Assembly: GCA_013265495.1 (NCBI GenBank)
Contig: MU058463.1
Location: forward strand, 2,503,523-2,567,522
Origin: Vicugna vicugna
Lineage: Eukaryota
Reading direction: 5' to 3'
Length of the DNA stretch: 64,000 nucleotides
The position numbers were made by a program, and so were the translations under genes. The stretch's first letter is position 1; each line of letters opens with the position of its first letter. The notes below the pieces were generated by a model that ran no database searches, had not been told where the DNA came from, and was given only the letters and a program-made list of their open reading frames with translations. Shown here piece after piece: positions 26,631-40,195 of the stretch.

Positions 26631-28119
26631 GCAAACGAATGGAATTTAACATTTTATCAGCACAGATTAACTCAGCTCCTTCTGCTGGGGTCAGGGAGAG
26701 GGAAACGGAGATGATTTTTAAAGACTTCTCCAAAAATGTTGTCTTTCTTCCCTGAGAAAAATAGACTATTAATACAAATAGAATTAAAATTGAGTTCATT
26801 TCCATGAGGAGAGCATCTTGCTTTCATTGATCTAGGACACATAAAGAGTCTGAACTTAGTGCTTCCGTAACTTCTGTGCTTTTAATTTTTGTGGAATAAG
26901 CTCTTTGTTATGCTCTAGGCTTTGAGGGAGCAGGAATTAAGTCTTGGGCTTAATTTCTTTTTAATGAACATGGTGACAAAAAGTGCTTTGGCAGGACTCA
27001 GCAGCAGCCTGCCCTTCCTGAGGCAGAGGAGGGGGTGGCAGAGAGGACAGGGGGATGACGAGTCAGGAAGCAAACAGTCCCCGGCAACGGCCTCCAGAGT
27101 TGAGAGCTTTGTGAAGAAGACAGAGCACAGGACCCAGGGTCTCATCAAGTCTGCTGGGGGTCAATCTCCCCGGGTGCTGGGATATTCAGCCTCCCCCTCT
27201 CTTAATTATTTATTCCCACGCCTAGCACAGTGCATGGCACAAAACTGGTCTTTAAAACATGTTAGCTGAATCGATGATGGCACTCAAAATGATTTTTAAA
27301 TTATTTTGAAACCAAGAACTCATAAGAAGTAAAGCTATCAAAAGAAAGCGAGGACCTTGGAAAGAATGGAGAGAGACCAAAGCTGCCAAATAGGGAGGGC
27401 TGGTACAGTGGTTGTAAGTCACTGAGCATCCAATTGGCCCTCGGCATCTAGCCAGCTGCACATCGTCAAATGTTGATTTTCAGTTTAGTGCTCAGGTGAA
27501 GCAGTGAGTCTCTACCCTTCTTTCTCAGTGATGTATACACAGGGCAGTTTTCAGTGGAGAGAACCCAGCCCGACCACTGGAGTGGGCAGAGCAGGCTGCT
27601 GAGTCTGGTGACTGCTTTCCGATCATTGGCCTCAGAAGGGCTCTTGCAGGCTGCTGCCCAGGAGACAACAACACCCGGCTCCCCCTGCACTTCAGGTAGT
27701 GGAACAGGATGGAGCGACCAAGGGAGAGGGGTGAGCACATCCTGTTTATCTCTTGGTTTCAGTAGAAGGAAGGTTGACTGGGCTCTGTAGCTTTCCTTAA
27801 GACTTCCGTATGTATTCACTGTATTTTTAATCACTAGTAGCTGTCTCACAGTGGCAGTATTCAACAAAGAGTCATGTGTGCACTGAGACACCACCGTGAC
27901 ACCAAATCAATGACTTTTTACACTCTTGGGAATATTTGTAACCACACCACAACCTCATATAAAGCGCATTCAATCAGAAAAAATACATTGTAATAAATCA
28001 AAAGATGGACTGCAGAAATAATAATGTAACCATCTGGAAAAAAAGAGGGAGAGAACTATCACTTACTGAGAAGTTTGCACCAATTTCAGAGTCTACCAAT
28101 TTGCTTTTCTCTCAAGATA

Positions 28120-28190
28120 ATTTTGATGCCTAGAACAGTGCCTGGCAAACTTAAGTGCTCAATAAATATTTGTTGAATGAATGAATGAAA
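28120..28190 (+). mobile_element. LINE-2 extreme 3' end
   Basis: GCCTAGAACAGTGCCTGGCA...GTGCTCAATAAATATTTGTTGAATGAATGAATGAA. Confidence 0.9.
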
Positions 28191-28425
28191 TTTCAGGCTC
28201 TGCTAGTTCTCATTCTGTGACTTTGTACAAATGAATAATCACAGTTACTTCCTTGAAGTAATAATGGACTCACAGAAATGAACCTCTCATTTTTGAACCT
28301 GACTTTGGGTCATCCATCACTTGCTCTTTGGAGTTGAATGGAGTAAGTGTCATTCTTTGTGTTCTTTATTTGTTCTTATTTTTGTTCAGATTTGTTTAAA
28401 ATTAATCTGAGTAGCAGAGCAGTGA

Positions 28426-28427
28426 AT

Positions 28428-28470
<43 letters not shown>

Positions 28471-28473
28471 TTT
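28426..28473. repeat. (ATTT)12 tetranucleotide microsatellite
   Basis: Visible directly as a perfect array. Confidence 0.97.
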
Positions 28474-28994
28474 CAGTTTTATTATGTAGAATTATTACAG
28501 TTCGACTGCACATACACACTATATTGCGTGTAAATACATATAAATAGTACACTGCACATTTTTTAAGTTTTCGTGTATGTACTAATTATTGTTTCTAAGA
28601 ACAGATTAGATCTTTAGCTTTTAAAACTTATATAGTTATCAAAAGAAAAAAGCCAACTACAAAATAAGAAACAACAGAGAAAGAAAAAAAAACCAACAGA
28701 GTAGTAAATTTAAATCCATAACATAAAAAAAGTTACCTGAATGCGTATATCTGGGCCATTAGGATAAACCTCTAGGATCCAGCTGTGCCCAAGCCTGACC
28801 TAAGAGCTGGGTAGGTGGGCTCATGCTTGAGGTGAGGGCCAGGCTCTTAGCAAAGCTTGCTTCATGTCTGTACCTAATGGCAGGTGAGTTCTGGGCTCTT
28901 AAATGATCCAGGTGTAATGAGGGCAGCTACACAGGAAAAGACCTCACTTCACAACTTGTCTCCCTTGCTATGTCCCAAAGGAAACTCCCAGATA

Positions 28995-31350
28995 AGTCAG
29001 GGAATTTTTGTCTCATTATGGTGATATAAATCCACTATAGCCCATCCCATCCACCGACTACAGCCAAAAACTCTGAGCAAAATACAAAACAAAACAACCC
29101 AAACTATCAAAGACAGAGGAGTCAAAATTAGCAAAAGCAGGCGGATTGTGAAGGGGCAATCCGTGGGAGGAAGAGAAATGAGCTATTCCTTGGTTTACTA
29201 TTAATTTTTTTTTGTTTCATGGCTTTGTCCTGAGAGTAAGGCTTCAGCTGCAGAGCTACTGGGCAGAAGTGGCCAAAACTCTGATATAAACCCTGCCTTT
29301 CTGGGTAGAAGAACCAGAGAAAGGAGCGTCTGTTGGCCAGAGAGTGTGGGGGAGTCTTGGAGAGAGGAGAGCTGGAAAGGAGACCCCCTTATTTCTGTGT
29401 GAATGCACGCAAGTCTCAGGTTAACTCCTGAGCGATGCGTGTGTGGTTCAGACCCAAACCAGCACACCACAGGCTTTGAGACTTAAACTGAAATTTGAAA
29501 CACTGCTCACAGAAGGTGAGACAGAATTTATAATCTGAACCTAAATGAGTTGATTGCCTGCTAAAAGCAGACTTATACTATTTTGGGTTATAATATAATC
29601 CAGTCTACAAAACGTAACACTTAGAAGTTCCTGAATACAATCCAAAATTACTCAGATACAAAAAAGCCTGGGAACATGTAACCCATTCTCAAGAGAAAGG
29701 ACAATCAAGAAAAAGCCAATTCCAAGGTGATGTGGATGTTGACTATAAACAAAGGCTTTAAGGCGGTTATTATATCTATGACCCGTGAGGTGAAGGAAAA
29801 CACACATGTCAGCAGAGACCTGGGAAGTATGAGAAAGGACCAAATGGGAGTTTTAGGACTGAAAATTTAATATCTGAAATAAATATCTCACTGAGTGGGC
29901 TCCACAGAATGACAATGAAACAGGGAAGACAGAAGATTGATCAACAGGGATCACCCGGTTTGAAAAAGAGAGAGCAAAACAGATTGAAAAAACAAACAAG
30001 AAAGAAAGAACAGAAATTCCCGCGCCTGTGGGACAATACAGAGGTCTGACACGTGGAAATGGAGGCCCAGGAGGAGAAGACAAAGATTGAGACGCAGAAG
30101 TTTTTTTTAGAAATAACCCAAATTTGCTGAAAGTCAAAAATGTACAAAAATCAAACTCAGTGAAGAGTAAACAGGACGAACTCAAAGGAAATCATGCTTA
30201 TTAGATACATTGTAATTGAACTGCTGAGCATCAAAGATGAAGTTCTAAAAGCGGCTGGAGAAAGCAGCTCCCTGCATGCAGGGGGGCCGTGATCTGAATC
30301 ACCGTGGGTTTGTCATCAGGGTCTGCAGAGGCCAGAAGGTAGAGGAACGACATCTTTAAAGGGCTAAAAGAAAAAGAAAAAGCCCTGCTAATCCCAAATT
30401 CTCAAGTCTATAACGTATCCTTCAGAATTTAAAGCGCAGTAAAGACATTTTGGAATGAAAGAAGCGTGAACAATTTTCTCCAGCATACCTGCTCCATCAG
30501 AAACGCTAAACAGTGTTCTTCAGGCTGAAGGAAAGTGATACTTGAGGGTAGTTGGATTTCTAAGAAGGATGGAAGACCACCAGGGATTCTGCATGGCTGG
30601 AGAGTTGTAAAGGACTGTTCTTTTTCCTTGTAAACTCCTTAAAATATGATGGCTGTATTAAATGAAGCAGAGATTAGAATATGTTGAGTAGGATTTTCGG
30701 TGTATGTGGGTATAAGGCATATGATAGCGATAACATACACTTCAGTTGGAAGGGTGATAAACGGACTATGATCTTTTAGGTTTTTTCAATTTTACAGGAA
30801 ATGGTAAATATTAACTCTGTGTAGACTGTGAAAGATTAGATACATATGACCCCTAGAATAATCCATAAATATAATAGAAAGAGATAATTGCAGGAAGACT
30901 AATAGATAAATTAAAATGGAATAATAAAAAAAATTCAAATAACCGTAGAGATGGCATCAAAAGAGGAACATAGAAACAAAACACAAAGGGACAAATGGAA
31001 AACAAGTAACAAAATGGTAGACCTAAATCCAAGCATATCAACAATTGTATTAAATGTTAATGACTGAGACATTAAAATTAACAGGCAGAGATTGAGTGGA
31101 TTAAAACAAGACCCTACTACGCACTGCCCATGGGACATACATATTAAAGTATGAAGACACAGGATGAAAGTAAATTGTGGAACAACACGTACCATGAGAA
31201 CAGGAAGCATATCAAGGTGAAATCCACTTTCAGATTAAGCCGACTTTAAGACTCAGAGTATTAGCAGATATAGAGAGACGTGATAATTACAGACAATTCA
31301 CCAGGAAGACGTAACATCTACATGTGTGTGCATAAAATAATAGGGTCTCA
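28995..31350 (+). mobile_element. Ancient L1 5' half (5' UTR, ORF1, spacer, start of ORF2; L1M4/L1MD-like)
   Basis: ORF1-like DNA CCTGTGGGACAATA...GAGGCCAGAAGG...CATCTTTAAAGGGCTAAAAG, then an ORF2-start-like segment ACCTAAATCCAAGCATATCAACAATTGTATTAAATGT...GGCAGAGATTG. No intact frame. Confidence 0.8.
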
Positions 31351-31865
31351 GACCCTTTCCAGATCACTGGGTCCCTTGGGGAATGCCAAGCCCGCGCTGC
31401 CGCCTTAAGGCATCCTCAGCGTGGCCTCAGTGACGATGACACGTGGGGCCTCTGAGTCACAGGTGGGTCCGACCTAACGTTACAAGGACTGCTCTTCTCT
31501 CACCCGTGGCTGACTAGCTTTTGAAGGACATTTTATCCATGATATTGTTAGTCTCTAGGCATTTATCTCGTCTAGGAGATTATCTTTTCTTTCCAGTAGG
31601 AGAACAAATGAAAACAAGCAAGAAGTAGTCAACTTTTCATTTTGAATTCTTCAAGTGCTTTACAGTAATGACTAGAAACGCAATGAAGATTTTTCTTTTT
31701 CAGAGAAGTTCAAATTAAAGATCAATAAATGAAAACTCTAGCTTTTATTTGATTTCCTCTGCATTATTTTAGAAATTTACCAGGCTCTTCTTTTAGGTGA
31801 AGTCCAATGTCTAGTGGCATAGAAACAGGTAACAACATAGTACAAATGAAAAATAACTTCCAGGA

Positions 31866-32215
31866 TGTAGAGACTGAATTGTATTCCCTGAGATTCCTAC
31901 GTTGATGTCCTAACCCGCAGTATCTCAGATTGTGGGTGTTAGGAGATAAGGTCTTCAGAGAGGTAACTAAGTTAAAATGAAGTCACAAGGTAGGCGCTAA
32001 TCCAATCTGAATGCTATCGTTATAAGAAGGGGAAATTAGGACACAAAGACACACACAGAAGACCACGTGAAGACACAGGGAGAAGACACCATCTAAGTAC
32101 AAGCCAAGGAGAGAGACCTCAGAAGAGACCAACCATACTGACAGTTTGATCTCGGACTTGTAGACTCCGGAACTGTGAGCAAGTAAATTCCTGTTGTGTG
32201 TGGTGTATTACTACC
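31866..32215 (+). mobile_element. MaLR solo LTR (MLT1B-like)
   Basis: TGTAGAGACTGAATTGT...GGAGATAAGGTCTT...CTAATCCAAT...CAAGCCAAGGAGAGAGACCTCAGAAG...GAACTGTGAG. Confidence 0.88.
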
Positions 32216-33479
32216 CGGCGGATGTCAGAGAAGCAGCAGGAGTGAAAGTGGAGTCCTCTGGAAATAAGCAACACTACATAGCTGTGATAGAAAACACTCC
32301 TGTTCTGTGAAGGCGGTCACTCATATCCCCGGACTTTATTGTTAATATCTGTGAAGTTTTCCACTATGCATAAGTACATATACAGGATTTCCTCGTGCAA
32401 TGAGAATAATGGAAGTAATAATAAATGTGGGAGTGGATGTAATTATGGCTGAAAGGATGATTTTATTATACGGGAAAGGATACTGTTGGCTAGAACCAAT
32501 TCATTAGGCTGCTCTGGCAGTCTGTTATTATTATTCTTTCTAGCCCTTACTAGATTTCATTCTTTTAGATAAAAACATGCATATCAGCTTTGGAGTTTGA
32601 TTGCCTTATGGGCATAAAGCTTTGCATATTTACTGCCCATGAATCATACCAGTATGTGAAATTCAGAGAAGATTCAATTTTTCCTGCTAGATGCACCTCC
32701 AGCCGTTTAATTAAAATATGTATTATTAATAAAACTATATTTAAGTCATATTTTTTACAGATATGACTGAAACATTAAGTGCAAATTGTTTCATACTTTC
32801 ATAGTAATTTGCTTTTAACATTTTGTGCCTTAATCAAGGTAGCTCACGAGTCGTGGGTTTGTGGCACTACACACTTCTCAACAGCGAAGTTGCGAAAAGC
32901 AAGTGGAAAGTGGTGATTAATGAAAGGACATATTTACTCTTCAGAAAGACTTCGTGGTTTTATTGCAGAAAGAATCTACACTGAATAGGAAAGTGCATTA
33001 AAAGAAGTAGCAGAAGAGACGATTCAGTTCCCTATGTCTGTGCACGGCGATGACACTTGCCACTTGCACGATAGCCTTTTCGTGTTCCTGAACCAGCGCT
33101 GTGTTTCAGCTTGGTCGTCTGCCTTTAGATGTCACAGTTGTTCTTCCACTGAACTGAACCCACTTCAGCTCTGCGCTTTCACAATTCTTCCACTTCCCAG
33201 AAACCTTGTATAACCAGTAACGCTGATTAGAAGCTCGGTAGCTTACTTACAGAATTCTTAGCAAGGAATTGACTCAAAATAGTTTTATTAAAATAGGTGA
33301 TGACAGTGATGGGTGGCTGACCCTGCTGGACACTGTAGAGCTTGCTGGAAAATGTTCCCATGGTTTATGGAATTTGTTATTTCAGATGACAGAATTTCCA
33401 GACTCTCACTTTTGATCCAAGGGGTGATGGTAGGGAGTGGGGCAGAGAAAGCAGAAAGGAAGAAAATGAACATGTAATG

Positions 33480-33660
33480 ACTGCTGTGGGCCAGACCCTG
33501 TGCTAACACACTGGCCACTTGTGTTAGTGAATCCTCATGTAAATCTTCAAGGAAGAAATGCTCATCTCATGTGTTTCACACGCGGAAACGGGCTTGGAGA
33601 AGTGACTGGCCCAGCTTTGGAACTGATAAACGACGGGGTCTGAGTTCAGACCTTTGCCTC
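33480..33660 (-). mobile_element. MIR SINE
   Basis: GCCAGACCCTGTGCTAA...AATCCTCAT...GGAAACGGGCTTGGAGAAGTGACTGGCCCAG. Confidence 0.65.
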
Positions 33661-36099
33661 TTTCACTCCTAAGCTGAAGGGAGGCCACTGTATATCCTCT
33701 TGCATGTTGGGCCTCTGCGAACATGGCGTTTGTTAGGTCTGCCTCCAGCTGGCTGTATGAACGTTCCCCGCTCCTCCCCACCCCACAGAGTCTCCAGATA
33801 ATCAGCTTAGCTTCCTTCCCTTCTGCTCTACTACTCAAGTCCCTTCATAACCCGTCCCTTCCCCTCACTGGTCTCTCCCTCCACTGGTGCGTGGAAATTC
33901 TGTGACACCTAAGTGCAGCGGTGGACTTTCTATTTTGACATCCTCTTTAATATAGAATCTCACATTCGTCACGTTATTTACCATTTTCAATTGAATTTCA
34001 TTATAATAGTTCTTTTCTAAGTGGACTAACTGCTAAAATTTAATTTGGAAAAGTAATTTATTTGTGATCCCAGAGCTTGTAATTACAGAATTCACATTAA
34101 TAAAGCCTGCCCCTTTACCTTGGAGCCAGTTTGACTAGAAGTTATTAGCCCAGCTAAAAACAGGATGGTTTTACATGTTTCTTCTCCTAGAGCTATAGGT
34201 ATATATGGACATATATGGTATGATTCTGACTCTGTAATATCCAGTTAGATGCCACTGGGCTGGAAAGTTCTCCTTTAAGAAGAAATAAGAGCTTGGAACT
34301 GACTTAAGCCATAGAATAAAAATCTCCACTCTAGTGTGTTTAGTATAGAAACTTCTTCTAAGTTCACATTACAGAGATACTTAAATATGCCTTTTTATCT
34401 TCAGTTTTTCCCATTTCTTCACACTAACTGTACAAATTGAATGGAGTACCCTGTTGCCACTAGAAACATAGATACTTCTCTCCTTTCCCTAACCAGTAGG
34501 AGAGCTGACCTTTGTTTAAAATAATAGCAGTCACTATGCTTGAAAACCAAGGGAAGCCAAGCAAAATCAGATCTAATGTTCAATAATTACGAAAGAAAGA
34601 CTAGGCAGAGAAACAGAAAGCCCCCAGAGCCCAGCACTGTCTAAATTCCAAGAAATAAGTGGCAAATTCCTGGCTCTGGTGTGGTAGGGTGCTGGTGAAT
34701 TTCTGTGCACTGAGTAATTTTTTGCCTTTCATGGAGCGTCCCTAGGGAGAGCTCCACAGGCTTCCCAGAGGAGATACTGCCTCTTGACTCCTCAGAGCTC
34801 CTGGCGTGGAAATTAACTCTGAAAAACAAACAAAACACACTCCAAGGGACTCATTATTTACAACACTCAAATTCCAAAACACACTCATGCACATGCACAT
34901 GCACACACACACACAGTTATACATATTTCAAAGTATGAAAACCTATCTTAACATTTTTGTAGCTAGGCCCCCAAAGCAACGTGATCTCTCATACCAGCCT
35001 AACACACACAAAGTAGAAAATACCTAAAATAAATGCAATGAACTGAGCACCAGATTTGCACAAACACCGAGTCTCCGAAGATGAAGGGCCTAAGGCGGAG
35101 ATAAGCTAGAGAAAGCCAGCCCCTCTGACAGGAACGGGTAACGGAGGAACCTTTTGTGAAGCAGCAGCTGTTAAAGCCTCTACCGCACCAGATGGTCCAG
35201 TTGAGCAAGGCTTGGCCTTTGAAGACATTGCTGGGTTAGGTGATATTTCTTCCAATGGGCCACATTCATTTTCAGAATTAGGACGTCCCGGGAGAAACTC
35301 ATGGCAGCAAACTGGCTGAGCTCTATTAAACTAAGTGTTGTCTGCTGCCCATCCTACTTACACTTTCCCAGTCAGCCTCCTGTATGGCAGAGCTGAGTGA
35401 GAGAAGACTGAAAATTTGCTAGAGGGGGTTTACTTAGTTTTGCTTTTAAAATTACATCTGACTGAATAAAAATATTTCCGACACCCCAGTCACTTTCTTT
35501 TTGCCTGGGAGCGGTCAGTCCTATGAGGTTGGGCTGTGTTCTGCCTGAAATACCTGTGCCTTCCTCTCAAGTGCCTGGTGCGGGGCTGAGCGCTGAGAAG
35601 GCAAGCAGCAAGGAGACGTCATAATGGCAGCCTGCATCCTGGTCTGCTTTCCAGCCTGATGGTTGCAATAACTTTTAGATTTGAAAAAGAAAAAAAAGTA
35701 ATACTGTCCTGTCATATGCCAGTACTTCCCCTGGGGAGCTGTTTCCGAAAGCTCTACTCCGCTTTAGCAAGGGCCTTGGAAGAGTGGTCCCAGTTCGGTC
35801 CCTACATCTGCTTAGGGCAACGAATAAGTAACTGCTGTTTTGTTTTGTTTTTTATTTCTCTTTTTCTTTTTTTTTGAATTGCTTTGGGCAATGCAATTGA
35901 GAAGTTGATGACTTACTTCTGAGCCTGTTCTAAATACTTCAGACAAATCCGGAGACATTTAAATTCTTTAGTACATTTTGCTTAAATTGTGAGGGTTAGG
36001 TCGTGCGTAGAAAAAGTGATTTGAAGCCTTGGAAAACTTGGATGGCCCTTTTTTGGAAAAGTCATTCATGAACTCCAGGTTGGGCCAAGTGTCCATCCT

Positions 36100-36305
36100 C
36101 TGTGGTCCCTTAACACACAGGGGAAAACTCTGTGTACTCACCACGTTTTATTCAATGGAAAACTGTTTGAGCTTGTCTCTCTCAGTCATCTTAAAGCTCT
36201 TTGAGGACAAGGTACTGGAGTGGACTCATCTGTGTGCTTGTTACCTATTTTGGTGTCTTGTGGATCAAAGACCCTTAATAAATGCTTGTTTAACAGAACT
36301 GGAAT
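36100..36305 (+). mobile_element. LINE-2 3' fragment
   Basis: AAGCTCTTTGAGGACAAGG...CTTAATAAATGCTTGTT. Confidence 0.6.
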
Positions 36306-36849
36306 GGGAGTAGGGGGTGAAAGTAACTACATTTTCTTGTAAGAACCTCCCTTCCGTTCTTTTTGAAGCAGTCTTTATTTTAAAGGTAAGGCTACATTTT
36401 AACAAATACCGGGGAGGTTTTTGCCAGACTTTTTGTCATGGATTTTGCTCATTCTCCTTTCCTTGGGCATTATGCTGAATCTGCTGATTTTTTAAAAAAC
36501 TTCCTGGCTAGACAATTTGTTTTACAAGAATTCTCAGTCATGAAATTTAAGTTCCAGGCCCTGCAACATACATTTGCAAAGGGTCCTACTTACAAGCACC
36601 TTTGCTATGTCTTCTTGGGGGTTTCTAACATCTGTGGAAGACAAGCGTGCTTATTGATATTCAGTTCTAAGCATCTTCCAATTTCTATTATTTTTTGGTA
36701 AGCGTTGCATTCTTAGATGCTTGTTTGTTTAAACTATATTTTGTTACTGTTATTAAATACACAAATGATCTTTTATTTAAACTATCTTTTGTTATTGATG
36801 CCACTATTGATATTTCTGTCAGAGAATATTATCACTGTGATAAGGATTC

Positions 36850-37245
36850 TATTTTGAGTTTATTTCTGTGTATGGAGTGAGGGAGTGTTCTAACTTCAGT
36901 GATTTACATGCAGCTGTCTAGTTTTCCCAACATTCCTTGCTGAAAAGACTATCTTTTCTCTATTGTATATTCATGCCTTCTTTGTCAATGATTAATTGCC
37001 AGTAGGTCTGTGGGTTTATTTCTGGGCTCTCTGTTCTGTTCCATTGATCCATATGTCTGTTTTTATGCCAATGCCATGCTGTTTTGATTACTGTAGCTCT
37101 GTAGTATTGTCTAAAGCCTGGGAGGATTGGCCCCCAGCTTCGTTTTTTTTCTTCAATATAGCTTTGGCAATTTTGGATCTTTTGTGATTCTATGTAAATT
37201 TCAGAATTGTTTGTTCTAGTTCTGTGAACAATGTCCTGGGTAATT
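36850..37245 (-). mobile_element. Relatively young L1 ORF2 internal fragment with no tail
   Basis: Closely follows 56540-56932 of the young L1, e.g. CTGTAGCTCTGTAGTATTGTCT and TTGTTCTAGTTCTGTGAA. Confidence 0.85.
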
Positions 37246-37615
37246 CCTTAGTTTCTTTGTGAGAGATCAGTTGACTATACCCATATGAGTCTATTTCTGG
37301 GCTCTCTGTTCTGTCTCATCGGATAATTAGTTTATTTCTTTGTAAACACTACACTGTCTTGATCTCTATAGTAAGTCTTGAAGTCAGGTAGTGTCAGTCC
37401 TCTGACTTTGTTCTTTTACTTCAACATTGTGTAGGCTATTCTGGGTCGGTTGCTTCTCCGTATAAACTTTAGAACTGGGGGAATTCAAATTAAAACAATA
37501 TACCTATAGATTCAGTTGCAACCCCAATAAAAATGCCTGCAATTTATTTTGTATATATTGACAAACTGATTCTAAAGTTAAAATATCCTCCACATCATAT
37601 GTCATCAGGGAAATG
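37246..37615. mobile_element. Rearranged old L1 (L1MB/MC-like) ORF2 pieces in both orientations
   Basis: Minus piece 37246-37476 (GATCAGTTGACTATA...AAACTTTAGAA) and plus piece 37500-37580 (CTATAGATTCA...GACAAACTGATTCTAAAGTT). Confidence 0.7.
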
Positions 37616-37619
37616 AATT

Positions 37620-39835
37620 CTTTTTTGTCTAGTGATACTTCCTTTATGGCCTGCAACATGGGCAATCTTTAAAAGTTCTCCATGTATGCCTTAAAAAATG
37701 TATGTCCACTGATTGTTATATATAAGGTTTTAAATATATGTCTATTAGTTTGAGCTTTTTACTGTGTTATTTCTTCATTTTTATTTGTTTCTTGAATGCC
37801 TAATCTTCATATTTTGGGGACAAATGTGGCTTTAGGAAAACCCAATTTGATTGTAGATTTATTCATTTCTCCTTAAAGTCAGGACATTTTGGCTTTATGT
37901 ATTTAGAGGCTCTGTTGTTGACTGTATAAATACTCAGAATTGTTACACCCATCCAATGATTTTTTTCTTTGATCTTTCAGAAATGTACCCGTTTAACTGT
38001 AAGAATAGGTTTTACCATAATAATTATTTTGTTTTATATTAATAGTGCCTAAGCAGCTTTATTTTGATTAGTTTTATTTTATATATATACATATTTCATT
38101 ACTTTATATCCAATTTTTTTTCATTGCATTTTGCATTTCTTTTGTAAACAGACTTGGATTCTGATTTTTTTTGTCTTATTTAATTCTAATCTGAGCATCT
38201 TTATCTTTTAACAAAGAAGTTTAATCCATTTAGATTTAGTGTGAATGCTGATTTTGGGGGGACTATTTATAATGTATTATTTTGTATTTTGTATTTATCA
38301 TGACTTTCATTGTTTGCTTTTTGCCCTTCCTATTTTTAATTTATTCAGTTTTTTGTTGTCTTTTTAAATTTTTACTTATCTCCCTTTCTTAATTTGGAAA
38401 TTACACATTCAATGCCTATTCTTTTGTAATTGCCCTTACATTTTCACCATCCACAGTTGATTTAGTAATATTAAGAAGCAGTCACTATCCCTATCCTCCT
38501 AGAACACCAAGGTTCTAGAATATTTTAATTCCAACCAACTGCTGACATATTTTATGTTATTGTTGTATTTTACTTTTGCCTTGTTTATAATGCCCTCAAC
38601 AAACTTAATAATTATTATAATTAATATTCTTGAGTTAGAAAAGAATCCATCTTTATTTAGATTTATCTACATTTTTATAATTTCTTTGCACATCATTTTC
38701 CTTGCATACCATTCTTTCCTTCTGAGTTTAATTTCTTTTTAATAGGAATACATCCTGTGTTTTTCTGGCTTGTGTTTAGTAATGGATTATCTATAGATAA
38801 TAAAATTTTCAGTGTTTCTTTGCCTTATTTTTGTTTGTTTAAAAATGATAGTTTTCTTGTCTATAGATTTCTAGTTTGATAGTTATTTTCACCAAATATT
38901 TGAAAATACGATTTCAATGTCTTTTGACTTCTATCAGTATTATTTGTTCTCAGCTTTTTTATGAGTAATCATTTGTTTTCCTCTGATAGCCTTTTAGATT
39001 TGCTTCCAGAAATTACATTTTGTTATTATTCAAGTCTGCCTTATTTTTAGTTTTGTTGGTCCTATTTCATCATGGTTTCTCTTTGTTTTATGCTTATTAC
39101 TTTAGACGTACTTTTAATTTTTTTTCTTCAAATTGTTTTATTTGTAGTGCCACTTCTCATCTGCTACTTCTGCTATTGCTTCATCATGGTGGTTTGTTTC
39201 CCTGGTTTTTTATTTTGACCTCATATTTGACAAAGGATTTTGTTTGTTTTCTTGGAAAGTTCCATGTCCCTTGAGTTAAACATATATATATATATATATG
39301 TTTAGGGAAGCATAGGGAAACATAAAGTTAGCTCTCCACATCTGTGCAAGGTACAAGGTAGGAATTTTCATTTTTGTGAACAATTTTTTTTCTTCCCAGG
39401 AGCAAGAGCAGATAGCAATCTTCCTTACTATGTCTACCAGCAAGGAGGTGGAGTTTTTCTAGTCCTCTTCACTAACTGTGTGGGCTTTTAAAGGATGCTG
39501 GCTTTATAAAGTTCTTCATCTCAGCTTCTCTCCTAAGATCAGTTTGCTTGTCCCTACATTGGCACTAAAACTACAGTCCCACAACTCCTAGGATCACATC
39601 TGGCTTTAAAATGTGTCTGGGTAGCTGAGCTTTTGACGTAAATGCTGCCTTGGCTTTGAGCTCTCCCTTCATTTCTGTATCTGGAAGACTTATCCTTTTT
39701 TTTTTTTCCCCCAACTTGGCTATGTTTTCCCACTTAATTTTTAGTATCTTTAATCTAGCTTGCCAAATTTTATTTCATCTGTGGTTTGTAGCTAGAGGGA
39801 ATGCCTCTTATCTTAATCTGCCATGATGCCAACAC
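37620..39835 (-). mobile_element. Very old L1 5' portion (L1ME-like)
   Basis: Long, strongly T-rich tract with antisense L1 motifs GATTGTAGATTTATTCATTTCTCC, TTTAATCCATTTAGATTTA and TCTGCCATGATGCC near its end. Confidence 0.65.
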
Positions 39836-40195
39836 TGGAATTAAACAATTTTTTTAAAGAAAATGAAATAGATTATGCAAATATATTTTAAAATATATTA
39901 AAAGAAAGAAGTTTTCAGTGATTTATTTATGATTTCTGTTTCTGTTTTGTTTTGTTTTTTAATCAACAATTCACCTTGCTCTGAGTATTTGCTTAAGTTG
40001 TTTGCTTTAGTTCACTTAGAACAACCACCCTCCTGAAATTAACTTGAGAGACAAAGTGTATGTACTGCTTCATGGGGAACAAAGGGATTAATTGATAGGA
40101 ATTTGCTGTTACATTATGCTCTGTCCAGGAAGGAAGAAGGAATATGTTACCTTTTTTATATTTGTTTCCTTGTTTTTAAATTGATGTTTAAAATC

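Noticed and set aside
27842..27890. TGTCTCACAGTG...CACTGAGACA inverted repeat as a pre-miRNA
   Set aside because: The stem is short and bulged, with no extended pairing.
36728..36797. Imperfect 22-bp repeat TTTAAACTAT(A/C)TTTTGTTA(C/T)TG at period 48
   Set aside because: It is short and AT-rich, most likely an old local duplication with no sign of function.
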